A stretch of DNA of 64,000 bases from Oceanispirochaeta sp. (GCA_963663385.2 CAXXXD010000002.1:1408001-1472000); one strand, 5' to 3'. Shown: positions 28,322 to 38,447, numbered from the stretch's first letter. Notes: generated by a model from the sequence alone, not told the origin. A program made the numbers and translations.

Positions 28322-29851
28322 ATGACAAGGATAAGAAATCTCTCTTCTTTCGGGGAGCTAAAAAGGTTTTCAATCCTTGCTTTTACAGTATTGGCCCTTC
28401 TAGGCGGAACCATCCTTTTAAATCAGTCAGTCAGTGGCCGGTACTGGTCTTCCTGGTACCCTCTTTATATTCCTGAATCTGAAATCAGTCCTTCTCTCAT
28501 TTCCCGGATATCCGAAGTAAGCGGTGGGAATTTTCTTTACTACGGTAATGCGGAGTTTTACTATAACGGTTTTAACGGCATGAATTCTGCAAGTGTGACA
28601 GAACTGGAGGCGGGTGATAAGCTGCTGCAGAACGATCCAAGGTTTGATCCCTTTATGCGGGAGGGGGGTAAATACTTTAAAGACGGTATATATCGAATCT
28701 TCTATTTACCTGTTTCTTTATCTCCGTTAGAATACCGGTATAAATTGAGATCCTACTGGAATAATGCCTGGATTTTCCCGGACGGGAAGTGGGATAAAAC
28801 TCTGATGTGGACGGCGATTGTATTTTCGCTTATTGCCCTCATTCATTCGAGGGGTAAGCTATTAGCTTTCCTTATGCTGGTTCTATATGCGGGTTTTGCT
28901 GTTGCATCGGGAAATGAGAGTGTTATCCTGCCCGGTATGGTAACACTCTTTTTAATGAACCATTACGGAAAAGCAGGTCCTTACAGTCTCTTCCTGGCTC
29001 TTCTGGTTCCCTTTCCGGGGATCATTGCCATGGCAGGCGGAATGATAAGTCTGGTAGACTGCAGTGCTTTTCTGATAATATACTTCTTCAGCCTTACCCT
29101 GAAAGGGGGAGGGAGGAAACACTCCTGGAGGAGATATAACAGACAGAAGAGGGATGGACTTCTGACGGCCGGGAAAGATCACGATCTGTTTGTCCCCGTA
29201 CCATTAGGCAGCAGGAAAGGGGCTGTCCCTTCTTCTTCTGTAAAAGGGGGGCTGGATCTGATTCCGGTTATATTGCAGACTTCCCTGCTTGCTCTTGCGG
29301 TTCTCTTTTTTGTTACGGGAGAAAAAGTCCTGCCGGTTTCGGTTCCTTCTCCTGTGATGACTCCGGAGAGTGACTGGTCCTGGGGCAGTTTCAGCCGGAC
29401 TGAGCGTTCTGCCGAACTGCCCGGAACGATCGAAATGCTGATGCATAGAGCATACCAGGAATCCTTTCCTTATGGGGGAACCTGGAGCGTCCCCGGCAGG
29501 GGTGATAGTATTTCTCTGCCCGTATATAAGATGGATGATGGGCAGATCCGTTCAAGTCAGAAAATTATAAGGGTGTTTGATGAAGAATGGCTTAAGGCGT
29601 TTCTTCAGGATATGCCCTATGAGGGTCCCGGGTTGCTTTTCAGTACCGAACCGGGGCCGGTTAAAGTAGAAATGACATCGGTTGTTCCCGGATTCCCTGC
29701 CTGGCAGGGTGTCTGTGCGCAGGCGGTTTTTATATTAATTGGATTAATACTGTGTCTGATGAACCTTTCCGGAATGTCCGGTAAAGGGACTGAGGATTTC
29801 AGGATGAGGAATCATTTACTAGTACTTAGGAGGAAACAACAGGCAGCATGA
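28322..29851 (+). CDS. Hypothetical multi-pass membrane protein, first gene of the rnf operon
   Basis: 509-aa ORF with several hydrophobic segments; ATGA overlap with rnfC. Confidence 0.75.
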   Translation: MTRIRNLSSFGELKRFSILAFTVLALLGGTILLNQSVSGRYWSSWYPLYIPESEISPSLISRISEVSGGNFLYYGNAEFYYNGFNGMNSASVTELEAGDKLLQNDPRFDPFMREGGKYFKDGIYRIFYLPVSLSPLEYRYKLRSYWNNAWIFPDGKWDKTLMWTAIVFSLIALIHSRGKLLAFLMLVLYAGFAVASGNESVILPGMVTLFLMNHYGKAGPYSLFLALLVPFPGIIAMAGGMISLVDCSAFLIIYFFSLTLKGGGRKHSWRRYNRQKRDGLLTAGKDHDLFVPVPLGSRKGAVPSSSVKGGLDLIPVILQTSLLALAVLFFVTGEKVLPVSVPSPVMTPESDWSWGSFSRTERSAELPGTIEMLMHRAYQESFPYGGTWSVPGRGDSISLPVYKMDDGQIRSSQKIIRVFDEEWLKAFLQDMPYEGPGLLFSTEPGPVKVEMTSVVPGFPAWQGVCAQAVFILIGLILCLMNLSGMSGKGTEDFRMRNHLLVLRRKQQAA

Positions 29852-31188
29852 AGCGTTTTAATACGTTCCCCAAAGGGGGAATTCACCCAAGGGACTGTAA
29901 GGAAGCAAGCTGTGAAAAGGCCATACAGAATGCCAGTATGTCCAGTACAGCCGTCATTCCGCTTTCCCAGCATATCGGAGCACCATCCGAATGTCTGGTG
30001 AAAAAGGGTGATACAGTCGAAGAGGGTCAGCTTTTGGGCCGGTCCGGCGGATTCGTATCCGCGAATATTCACTCCCCCGTCCCGGGAGAAGTAAAAGAGA
30101 TCAGGAATATCTATCTGCCCAACGGGATTTCCACTCCCGCCGTTGTAATTGAAATCCAGGGAGAATTCTCCCGTCTGGGTAAAGAGGTTACACCGGTTTC
30201 CTGGGAGAGCATGAGCACGGAAGAACTGACCGCGAAAATTGCCGAAATGGGAATTGTCGGACAGGGGGGAGCTACCTTCCCCACCCATGTAAAACTTGCT
30301 CTTCCCAAAGGGAAAACCTGTGAGGTGTTCATTGTCAATGCGGTGGAGTGTGAACCTTATCTTACCTCGGATCACCGTGTCATGATGGAAAAGGGTGAAG
30401 AGGTCCTTGAAGGAATCCGCATAATCCAGAAAATCCTCAATCCTGTCCGTACGGTTATTGGCATCGAATCAAACAAAATGGATGCGGTAGAGCATTTAAG
30501 TTCTCTTATTCGAGAGTCCGGTCTGGATATGGAAGTAATGCCTCTTCAGGTGAAATACCCTCAGGGTGCGGAAAAGAACCTTATAAAGGCTGTAACAGGA
30601 CGGGAAGTCCCATCGGGAAAACTTCCCCTTGAAGTTGGTGTTATCAATGCCAATGTGGGAACCTGTCTCTCCGTTTTTGAAGCGGTTGTTCTGAACAAAC
30701 CTGTTATTGAAAGAGTCGTTACCGTATCAGGGGGCGCCGTTAAAAATCCTTCCAACCTGAAAGCCAGAGTCGGAACCTCCTTCAGAACCCTGATAGAAGA
30801 CTGCGGAGGATTCTCAGAGGAGCCTGTAAAGATCATAGCCGGCGGTCCCATGATGGGATTTACCGTTTATGATCTGGATACGCCTGTTACAAAGGGAACC
30901 AGTGGAATCCTGGCTCTTACGGCTAAAGAGATCAAAGCGGCCAGGCCGACTGCCTGTCTCTCCTGCGGACGCTGTATCTCAGCCTGTCCCATGGGACTGA
31001 ACCCGACCAGACTGTTCAAACTGATTGACTACAATATGAATGATGAATCGGCGGAAGCCGGTCTTATGGACTGTGTGGAATGCGGCTCCTGCGCTTATAT
31101 GTGTCCAGCTCATATTCCTCTTGTACAGGGATTCCGGAAAGGGAAGAAAATCTTGCGGAAACAATCCATGAAGAAGGCGGGAAAATGA
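29848..31188 (+). CDS. rnfC: Rnf electron transport complex subunit C
   Basis: LSQHIGAP, GQGGATFPTHVK, NAVECEPYLTSD, KYPQGAEK, GGPMMG, two 4Fe-4S motifs. Confidence 0.96.
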   Translation: MKRFNTFPKGGIHPRDCKEASCEKAIQNASMSSTAVIPLSQHIGAPSECLVKKGDTVEEGQLLGRSGGFVSANIHSPVPGEVKEIRNIYLPNGISTPAVVIEIQGEFSRLGKEVTPVSWESMSTEELTAKIAEMGIVGQGGATFPTHVKLALPKGKTCEVFIVNAVECEPYLTSDHRVMMEKGEEVLEGIRIIQKILNPVRTVIGIESNKMDAVEHLSSLIRESGLDMEVMPLQVKYPQGAEKNLIKAVTGREVPSGKLPLEVGVINANVGTCLSVFEAVVLNKPVIERVVTVSGGAVKNPSNLKARVGTSFRTLIEDCGGFSEEPVKIIAGGPMMGFTVYDLDTPVTKGTSGILALTAKEIKAARPTACLSCGRCISACPMGLNPTRLFKLIDYNMNDESAEAGLMDCVECGSCAYMCPAHIPLVQGFRKGKKILRKQSMKKAGK

Positions 31189-32210
31189 AAGATAAACTGA
31201 CTGTTACTAGTTCTCCCCAGTTTCATCACCCCCAATCTACCAGCAGTATTATGTGGACTGTTTCACTCTGCCTGCTGCCTGCGGGGTTATGGGGATTTTA
31301 TATTTTCGGGTTAAGAGCCATTATCGTAACCCTGGCAGCCATTGCTGCAGCCGTCGGAACAGAAGCGGTTCTGGGGCTGATCAATAAAGAGAATACTATT
31401 ACCGACGGAAGTGCTTTCCTTACGGGACTGCTGATTGGTTTCAATATGCCTCCAGCCGTTCCCATCTATGTAGTTGTGATTGCATCCGTTTTTGCCATAG
31501 CTGTTGTCAAATGGACCTTTGGAGGTCTTGGAGCAAACTGGATGAACCCTGCCCTGGCCGGAAGAGTTTTTGTATTTTTTTCCTGGACCAGCGGTATGAC
31601 CAACTGGACCCTGCCGCACTCGGGCACAATCGATGCGGTATCAGGGCCAACCCCTCTAGGATCTCTGAAAACCGGCCTTGCAGGAATTAATGAAACCATC
31701 CGGGGGCCAATGGATCTACTGTCTGCCGAAGGTGTTCCTGTAACATATCTGGATCTTTTTCTGGGGCGTATTCCCGGTTGTATAGGTGAAGTATCGGCTC
31801 TGCTGCTGATAGCGGGGGGGCTGTATCTTATTATCCGGAAAATTGTCAACTGGGAAATTGTTGTATCCTATCTGGGCAGTTTTGCCCTTCTGGTATGGGT
31901 ATTCGGCGGTTTCCGCTATGGAGCCGGTTTTTTCAGCGGAGATGTCCTGTTTCACCTCTTTTCCGGTGGGTTGATGCTGGGAGCTCTTTTTATGGCTACA
32001 GATATGGTAACATCACCCCTCACACCAAAAGGGATGGTTGTATATGGAATCGGCTGCGGTTTTATGACCTATCTTCTGCGATTTTTCGGTTCTGTCCCTG
32101 AAGGAGTATCTCTGGCCATTATTTTCATGAATATTTTCGTTCCCATGATCAACAGAGCCTTCCAGCCTGAAAAATTCGGTCTGGTTCCTAAAGAAAAGGA
32201 GGCGGAATAG
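31185..32210 (+). CDS. rnfD: Rnf subunit D
   Basis: Start MKDKLTVTSSP; FGGLGANWMNPALAGR, FMN site SGPTPL, GCIGEVS, FMATDMVTSP. Confidence 0.95.
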   Translation: MKDKLTVTSSPQFHHPQSTSSIMWTVSLCLLPAGLWGFYIFGLRAIIVTLAAIAAAVGTEAVLGLINKENTITDGSAFLTGLLIGFNMPPAVPIYVVVIASVFAIAVVKWTFGGLGANWMNPALAGRVFVFFSWTSGMTNWTLPHSGTIDAVSGPTPLGSLKTGLAGINETIRGPMDLLSAEGVPVTYLDLFLGRIPGCIGEVSALLLIAGGLYLIIRKIVNWEIVVSYLGSFALLVWVFGGFRYGAGFFSGDVLFHLFSGGLMLGALFMATDMVTSPLTPKGMVVYGIGCGFMTYLLRFFGSVPEGVSLAIIFMNIFVPMINRAFQPEKFGLVPKEKEAE

Positions 32211-32749
32211 TGACTTATACTATGGAAAAAGCAGGAAAACTGGCTTTGATCTGTGCTGTTTCGGCTCTTCTGCTGGGAATCATCAACAGCATGACCGAAC
32301 CGGTTATTGCTGCCAGAAAAAAAATTGAGCTTCAGAATGCCCTTATTTCCCTTATTGAAGAGGGAACTCCCGGAGCTGTGGAAGCTGTCGGCGAAGGGCG
32401 TGTCAACTCCCGGTATCCGATTGAAGGCCCCGGCGGCTGGATCCTGGATATGACCGGAAAAGGCTATGGCGGCGAGATGAAGATTCTGGCTTCCTTTCGT
32501 CCTGACGGTTCTGTAATTGATGTGGTGCTGATGGATAATGCCGAAACCCCCGGTCTGGGGAAAAAGGCGGAAAAGTCCGAATACATGTCAAAATTCCGGA
32601 ATACCGGTGGCGCTGAAGCTGTACCCGTATCGAAAGATATGGTTGATGAATCCCCCGATACAATTACGGGTGCGACAATTACCTTTTCGGGTATAGCAAA
32701 CGCAGTCAGCGAGGGATCCGATTATGTTAAAACTCTGGGAGATAAATAA
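32210..32749 (+). CDS. rnfG: Rnf subunit G
   Basis: GYGG, ETPGLG, FMN-binding DTITGATIT. Confidence 0.93.
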   Translation: MTYTMEKAGKLALICAVSALLLGIINSMTEPVIAARKKIELQNALISLIEEGTPGAVEAVGEGRVNSRYPIEGPGGWILDMTGKGYGGEMKILASFRPDGSVIDVVLMDNAETPGLGKKAEKSEYMSKFRNTGGAEAVPVSKDMVDESPDTITGATITFSGIANAVSEGSDYVKTLGDK

Positions 32750-33373
32750 ATGAGTGAATTTACCAAAGGATTTATCCGGGAAAATCCCATATTTATCCTG
32801 ATGCTGGGGCTCTGTCCCTCTCTGGCTGTTTCAACCCAGGTTGTCAATGCCCTGGGAATGAGCGCCGGAACCATATTTGTATTGGTAGGATCCAATATTA
32901 TGGTATCCCTTCTGAAGAATTTCATTCCCGATGAAATTCATATACCTGCCTATATTGTTATTATTGCCACCTTTGTTACCCTGGTGGATCTGCTGATGCA
33001 GGCCTATGCGCCGGCCCTTTCCAAAAGCCTCGGTGTTTTTGTACAGCTGATTGTTGTTAACTGTATTATCCTGGGCCGGGCGGAAGCTTTTGCCAGTAAA
33101 AATAATGTAAAAGATTCCATAACTGATGCTCTGAGTATGGGGCTGGGATTCTTTTTCGGCCTGACCATGATTGCTCTTATCCGTGAAGTTCTGGGTGCCG
33201 GGACTATTACACTCTTCCCCATGGGAAGTTTTGACGGTGTTATCGAGATCCCCGGGCTGGCAGCAGCTCCTGTAAGGATCATATCTCTTTCGGCAGGTGC
33301 CCTGTTTGTGGTGGGATACCTTAAAGCCATGTTCAACTGGCTGAGTACCAAACCCGGTAAGGAGGCCGCCTGA
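32750..33373 (+). CDS. rnfE: Rnf subunit E
   Basis: LGLCPSLAVS, LIVVNCIILGRAEAFA. Confidence 0.95.
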   Translation: MSEFTKGFIRENPIFILMLGLCPSLAVSTQVVNALGMSAGTIFVLVGSNIMVSLLKNFIPDEIHIPAYIVIIATFVTLVDLLMQAYAPALSKSLGVFVQLIVVNCIILGRAEAFASKNNVKDSITDALSMGLGFFFGLTMIALIREVLGAGTITLFPMGSFDGVIEIPGLAAAPVRIISLSAGALFVVGYLKAMFNWLSTKPGKEAA

Positions 33374-33963
33374 TGACCTATTTGGGAATTGTAATAACCT
33401 ATGTATTTATCAGTAACCTGATACTGGCCCAGTTTCTTGGCCTCTGTCCTTTTATCGGTGTTTCCAAAAATGTTGAATCTGCTGTTGGAATGGGGTTTGC
33501 CGTAACGTTTGTTATGTCTATTGCTTCTCTGGTAACCTGGGCGCTGTATCATCTGATACTGCTTCCCCTTGGACTGATCTATCTGCAGACTATTGTTTTT
33601 ATCCTGACGATTGCTTCTCTTGTTCAGCTGGTGGAAATGGTTGTTCAGAAATACTCCCCCATTCTGTATAAGGCTCTGGGGATCTACCTGCCCCTGATTA
33701 CAACCAACTGTGCCGTAATGGGTATTGCCCTGATCAATATCAACAGCGGCTACAATGTTCTTGAAAGCTTTACAGCCGGTTTCTCTGCGGGTCTTGGTTT
33801 TCTTCTGGCAATTGTTCTGATGTCCGCCATCCGGGTTCAGATGGAAACGGAAAATGTTCCCCGCTACCTTAAAGGCGCTCCCATTGCTTTTATCAGCGGC
33901 GGCTTGATGGCTATGGCATTTATGGCCTTTGATAAAGCTCTGCTTAATAATCTGATAGGATAG
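33373..33963 (+). CDS. rnfA: Rnf subunit A
   Basis: QFLGLCPFIGVSK, LPLITTNCAVMG. Confidence 0.95.
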   Translation: MTYLGIVITYVFISNLILAQFLGLCPFIGVSKNVESAVGMGFAVTFVMSIASLVTWALYHLILLPLGLIYLQTIVFILTIASLVQLVEMVVQKYSPILYKALGIYLPLITTNCAVMGIALININSGYNVLESFTAGFSAGLGFLLAIVLMSAIRVQMETENVPRYLKGAPIAFISGGLMAMAFMAFDKALLNNLIG

Positions 33964-33970
33964 GAAACTG

Positions 33971-34825
33971 ATGGAAGAAGTAATGAGAATATTCTGGGGA
34001 TTCCTGTCCACCGTCCTTTTCGGAGGATTGCTGGGTTTGGGACTGGCTGTTGCCTCCCGGAAACTGAAAGTAGAAAAAGATGAAACCGTCGAGGCTCTGG
34101 ACGGGGCCATGCCCGGTCTGAACTGCGGTTCCTGCGGCTATGCCGGCTGTTCCGGATATGCCGAGGCTCTGGCAGAGGGCAGGGACGAGGATATTACCAG
34201 GTGTAAACCCGGGGGAGCTGATACTCTGGCTGCCATCGGTAAAATACTGGGAATCGAGGTTGATGCCAATGCCGTGCGTATGGTTGCCTGCGTTCACTGT
34301 ATCGGAACCAACGATAAAGCAACCCGCAGCTTTGAGTACGATGGCCTGACAGATTGTAATGCCGCGTCCATCCTCTTTGGAGGGAATAAGGATTGTAAAT
34401 ACGGATGCCTTGGCCTGGGAAGCTGTATTGATGTATGTCCTGCCAATGCCATTCGCAAAACAGGGGATGGTCTGGTGGAAGTAAACCCGGACCTCTGTAT
34501 TTCATGTGGCAAGTGTGTAGACATCTGTCCCACAGGTGTCATGAGGATGATTCCCGAGGATGCAGACTTTATTGTAGCCTGTAATTCCAGGGATAAAGGG
34601 AAAGATACAAAAGCAAATTGCAGTGTCGGATGCATCGCCTGCAGGATATGTGAGAAAAAATTTCCGGAAGCCGGGTATAAAGTGCAGGATAATTTGTCTA
34701 TAATGCAGTATGATAATAGGGGACCCGGAAGAGCAGATGCCGCGCAGAAATGCCCGGCCAAATGTATAATCCCCTATAATGTCGACAAATCGAAAGAGAT
34801 GACAGAGGTCGAAGAGACCGACTGA
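33971..34825 (+). CDS. rnfB: Rnf subunit B
   Basis: PGLNCGSCGYAGC, CKYGCLGLGSC, CISCGKCVDICP, CIACRICEK. Confidence 0.95.
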   Translation: MEEVMRIFWGFLSTVLFGGLLGLGLAVASRKLKVEKDETVEALDGAMPGLNCGSCGYAGCSGYAEALAEGRDEDITRCKPGGADTLAAIGKILGIEVDANAVRMVACVHCIGTNDKATRSFEYDGLTDCNAASILFGGNKDCKYGCLGLGSCIDVCPANAIRKTGDGLVEVNPDLCISCGKCVDICPTGVMRMIPEDADFIVACNSRDKGKDTKANCSVGCIACRICEKKFPEAGYKVQDNLSIMQYDNRGPGRADAAQKCPAKCIIPYNVDKSKEMTEVEETD

Positions 34826-34839
34826 CTTTTTAGAACTAA

Positions 34840-36837
34840 ATGAATAAGATAAAGCTGGTATTCGGAACATACAATACACAACCTCTCGGCCTTCAGGAGC
34901 ATCTCTACGAAGAGGCCTATCAGAAAGCCTATAAACCTTTTGTAACGGCTGTGTATAATTTCCCGGAGCTGGCTTTGTCTCTCCACTACTCAGGGCCTCT
35001 TCTATCCTGGCTGGAAAAGAGGCATCCTGAATTTATAACGGTACTCCGGGAGATGGTGGACCGGAAACAGGTGGAAATTCTGGGCGGCAGCTATTTTGAG
35101 CCGACCCTGCCCCTGATTCCTTCATCCGACAGGGTCGGGCAGATTGAGATGATGACTACCTATCTGCGGAAAACTTTCGGAAGAAGATCCAGGGGATTCT
35201 GGATTTCCGGCAATATCTGGGAGAATCAGCTTGCCTATACTCTTAAAAGCTGCGGTATGGAGTACCTTTTTCTGGATGAGAGAATCTTTCGTGATGCAGG
35301 CGTGCGGGAAAACAGATTGTTTGATGTTGTTCTCACGGAAGATCAGGGAAAAACCCTGGAGGTATTTCCTCTCTGTTATAGAATCTGTCAGCAGATGTTT
35401 CTGTGTTCTCCTTCGGAAGTTTTTGATCAGCTTAAGGAGCTGACCTCCTCCGCATGCAATTCTCCGATTGTATCTATTATGCTTCCGGGAGAATCCCTCT
35501 CTCAGGAAAAATCAAGAACAGCTGTATCCTGTCAGACCGCATGGCTGGAAGAGTTCTTCACTCTTCTTATCAGAAACAGAAATTGGATCACCACAGAACT
35601 GCCGGGCAGAATTCTCCGGGATGAGTCTGTTTCGGAAAGGCGGTATTTCCCTACCACATCCTATAATAGATTAATGGAGTGGCGGGAAGACTGTCATGGT
35701 GAGATCGGGAGTGATACCAGGCATTTCAGGCATTTTCTGACCAATTACAGGGAGAGCAATCTTCTTTATTCCAAAATGATGTACACCCAGGTTCTTGTTA
35801 ATCAGGTTCGGGGTGACAAATACAGAAAAAAGTCTGCCAGGGAAGAACTCTGGAAAGGGCAGAACCATAATCCTTACTGGCATGGACCGGACAGGGGGCT
35901 GTATAACATTCAGCTCAGGCACAATGCTTACCGTTTTCTGATTGAAGCCGAAAAGATAACCCGAGAAAAAGGGATATTCATTCCTGCCTTAATGCCCCTT
36001 GATTTTGATATGGACGGGAGTATTGAATACCTCTATCAGGGGTATACTCTCAATGCTTATACCCATGTCAAAGGCGGTTCACTTTTTGAGCTTGACTACC
36101 TGCCTTCCAGTTGGAACTATCTGAATACCCTTTCCCGCTATCAGGATTTCAGTAATCCCAAAGCTGCGGAAATCAGGGACTCCTATTCCAGAAAGGCCTT
36201 TCTGGATCACTTTTTTGAAGACGTTGATCTATCTTCTTTTATGGAAAATAAATACAAGGAAGTCGGGGATTTCCTTAACGGTGTTTATGATGTTCTGAAT
36301 CATAACAGGGAAAAACAGGTTCTTGTTCTGGGAAGGACGGGATCTGTCAGTCAGAAAGGACGAAAGACCCCTCTGCATATCAAAAAGCAGTATGATTTTA
36401 AACGCAATAGTGTAGAGCTTCAGTATGAAATCAGTAACAGGGGCTATGAAAAATGCCACTACTATTTCGGCAGTGAACTGAACCTCGCTCTTCCGGCGCC
36501 GGAAACATACGAATCCCGTTTCTGTTATATGAATTCAATGGATGAGTTTCTGGATTTTGACGGGGAACCGGTAGAGCTGAAACAGCTGAAGATTCTCCAG
36601 ATTCAGGATCTTATGAATAATACAACCATACAGGTGGATTACTCTCTGTCTCCCGATAAATTCTGGAGCTTTCCCCTGATGACCCCCTATGTATACCCCG
36701 GAACGGATTCAGAGGAATCCCTTTATCAGGGAACCACATTCCTGCCTCAATGGGAGATTACCCTTTTTCCCGGTGAGTCCTGGATACTGGATATAAGCCT
36801 GAAGATAGGGAAGAGCAAAGGAAAGGCCTTCGCCTGA
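34840..36837 (+). CDS. GH57 alpha-amylase/4-alpha-glucanotransferase-like protein, probably non-catalytic
   Basis: LHYSGPLL, EILGGSYFEP, YRESNLLYSKM, YWHG..GLY...LR, GGSLFELD. Usual catalytic Glu/Asp positions appear substituted. Confidence 0.85.
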   Translation: MNKIKLVFGTYNTQPLGLQEHLYEEAYQKAYKPFVTAVYNFPELALSLHYSGPLLSWLEKRHPEFITVLREMVDRKQVEILGGSYFEPTLPLIPSSDRVGQIEMMTTYLRKTFGRRSRGFWISGNIWENQLAYTLKSCGMEYLFLDERIFRDAGVRENRLFDVVLTEDQGKTLEVFPLCYRICQQMFLCSPSEVFDQLKELTSSACNSPIVSIMLPGESLSQEKSRTAVSCQTAWLEEFFTLLIRNRNWITTELPGRILRDESVSERRYFPTTSYNRLMEWREDCHGEIGSDTRHFRHFLTNYRESNLLYSKMMYTQVLVNQVRGDKYRKKSAREELWKGQNHNPYWHGPDRGLYNIQLRHNAYRFLIEAEKITREKGIFIPALMPLDFDMDGSIEYLYQGYTLNAYTHVKGGSLFELDYLPSSWNYLNTLSRYQDFSNPKAAEIRDSYSRKAFLDHFFEDVDLSSFMENKYKEVGDFLNGVYDVLNHNREKQVLVLGRTGSVSQKGRKTPLHIKKQYDFKRNSVELQYEISNRGYEKCHYYFGSELNLALPAPETYESRFCYMNSMDEFLDFDGEPVELKQLKILQIQDLMNNTTIQVDYSLSPDKFWSFPLMTPYVYPGTDSEESLYQGTTFLPQWEITLFPGESWILDISLKIGKSKGKAFA

Positions 36838-37023
36838 ACTCATCTTTTTTTCAGCATCTTCGTTAGTCAAAAGCCTGGTCACAGCCTTCGGTTGTTGCTC
36901 TGGTCATTCCGCTGCGCTGCATTGCTCGAGTGTGCGACCGACTCGGCCATGCCGCCGGGCTCATTTACTGAAGTAAACTTCGCATTTTCCGGTCTCAATC
37001 CTGAAAAAAATATTTCGTTCAGG
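36833..37023. mobile_element. MITE-like element with imperfect terminal inverted repeats
   Basis: Left CCTGAAC-tcatc-TTTTTTTCAG; right (reverse complement) CCTGAAC-gaaata-TTTTTTTCAG; non-coding, hairpin-rich interior. Confidence 0.5.
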
Positions 37024-37045
37024 AAATAAGGTTATTTCATGAGAT

Positions 37046-37073
37046 CCCTGAGTGAAGTCGAAGGGTCGAAGGG
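37046..37073. repeat. REP-like short palindrome with an 8-bp tandem duplication
   Basis: CCCTGAGTGAAGTCGAAGGG + TCGAAGGG; degenerate inverse copy at 41497-41516 (14/20). Confidence 0.45.
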
Positions 37074-38345
37074 TCAGAATTCCACCCGTTCTTTTCTGGC
37101 TTGCAGCTGCTTTAATTTGAATATGTTGTAAATCCATTCATTGGATTCGCTATAGTATAGTTCTCTGGCTGTCAGAAAATCCATAAAGGCATATTCAAAT
37201 TCATTCCGGAAATAGAGAGCCTCGCCTCTGTAGTAGTGCAGTCTGGCCAGAATCTCCCTATCGTATACCTTATTAAGCTCCCGGTCTGTTCTGGTTATGA
37301 CAGATTCCCAATCCTGGTTTTCCAGAAGGAGAGGAATCCCTTCCAGAGCGGAATGGAGCGGTTCAACCCTGTCGGCATCCAGAACCTCAACTTCTTTCCA
37401 TTCAATATCCCTTACGGATTTTCCGAAATTCAGAGCTGCCAGTTTCAAAGCTGTATCGCCGCTCAGTTCAACAGGTGCATCAGGAAGCGCCGGACCGGGC
37501 AGGGGTTTGCCCTGTTCTATATCACTGCTGATATTTAAAACCGGGAGTGGTATATGGCGGGAGGGAAACTGGAAACTATGGGCCTCCGCCGGGCTCCACT
37601 CATCCAGGGGAATGATCACAGGTTCAAGGGTTACGCTGCCTTCATAAAGAATCTCTTCACTTCCCGCCTCGAAGAGATCCTTGTCCACAAGGGCATAATA
37701 AAAGGGGATTCCCGGGACAACCGTATCTTTCCACTGGAGTTTCCCGCCGCTGAGAGTCGCAACACGTGCTGCTTTCAGAAGGTCTTCCCTATTCCGGGGG
37801 TACTCTACACTTCGGAACAGGAGAACCGGCCGGTCCATTCTGGATGACAGGGCGCTGATCTGCATATCCTGAATATCTGGATTCACTTTCAAATCGGAAA
37901 TATAGGTGGTTCTTTCTTCTTCCACAGCATGAAGTACAGCGCCGACCGGTTCCATATTCATGTTTCTATAAGGAATAAAAACATCAAAAAGCCGGTCTCC
38001 TTCCTGAACCAGCACAAGAAAATACCACTCATCCCCGTTGCCCGGTTCAAACAGATACTGCTCCTCTCCGGTAGCAAGGGTCTCAAGCAGAGTCGCATCG
38101 TTCAGACTCTCTTTATTATTGAAAGGCTGGTCCGAATAGTAGATCTTATATACAGGAGAATCCAGATTTCTGGCATCCTTCCAGCTAAGGAGGATTGAAG
38201 CCCCTTTTGTTTCCGCTCTGAAGCGGCTGGCAAAAGGAGCAAATATCTCTTCCCGGCCTTCCTCAACTCCGGTCTGGGAGGATACCGGGATTAATGAAGA
38301 GAGACTTAATAGGAGGATGACGTGCAGGATTATCTTTTTATTCAT
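37074..38345 (-). CDS. Hypothetical exported protein with C-terminal TPR-like segment
   Basis: Signal-peptide-like MNKKIILHVILLLSLS; ARLHYYRGEALYF near the C-terminus. Confidence 0.7.
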   Translation of the reverse strand: MNKKIILHVILLLSLSSLIPVSSQTGVEEGREEIFAPFASRFRAETKGASILLSWKDARNLDSPVYKIYYSDQPFNNKESLNDATLLETLATGEEQYLFEPGNGDEWYFLVLVQEGDRLFDVFIPYRNMNMEPVGAVLHAVEEERTTYISDLKVNPDIQDMQISALSSRMDRPVLLFRSVEYPRNREDLLKAARVATLSGGKLQWKDTVVPGIPFYYALVDKDLFEAGSEEILYEGSVTLEPVIIPLDEWSPAEAHSFQFPSRHIPLPVLNISSDIEQGKPLPGPALPDAPVELSGDTALKLAALNFGKSVRDIEWKEVEVLDADRVEPLHSALEGIPLLLENQDWESVITRTDRELNKVYDREILARLHYYRGEALYFRNEFEYAFMDFLTARELYYSESNEWIYNIFKLKQLQARKERVEF

Positions 38346-38447
38346 AGTTGAACTCATTTATATTTTCGGCAGACAGGGTGGTAAACAGGACAAAAAAAGG
38401 AAATCTCTCCGTTGACCCCTCATTATGACGGAGGGTATGATGAATAC

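Noticed and set aside
1128..34110. Other long antisense ORFs (1128-2090, 3024-3800, 19119-19973, 21193-22104, 33004-34110)
   Set aside because: All lie opposite well-supported genes and lack motifs or clear RBS.
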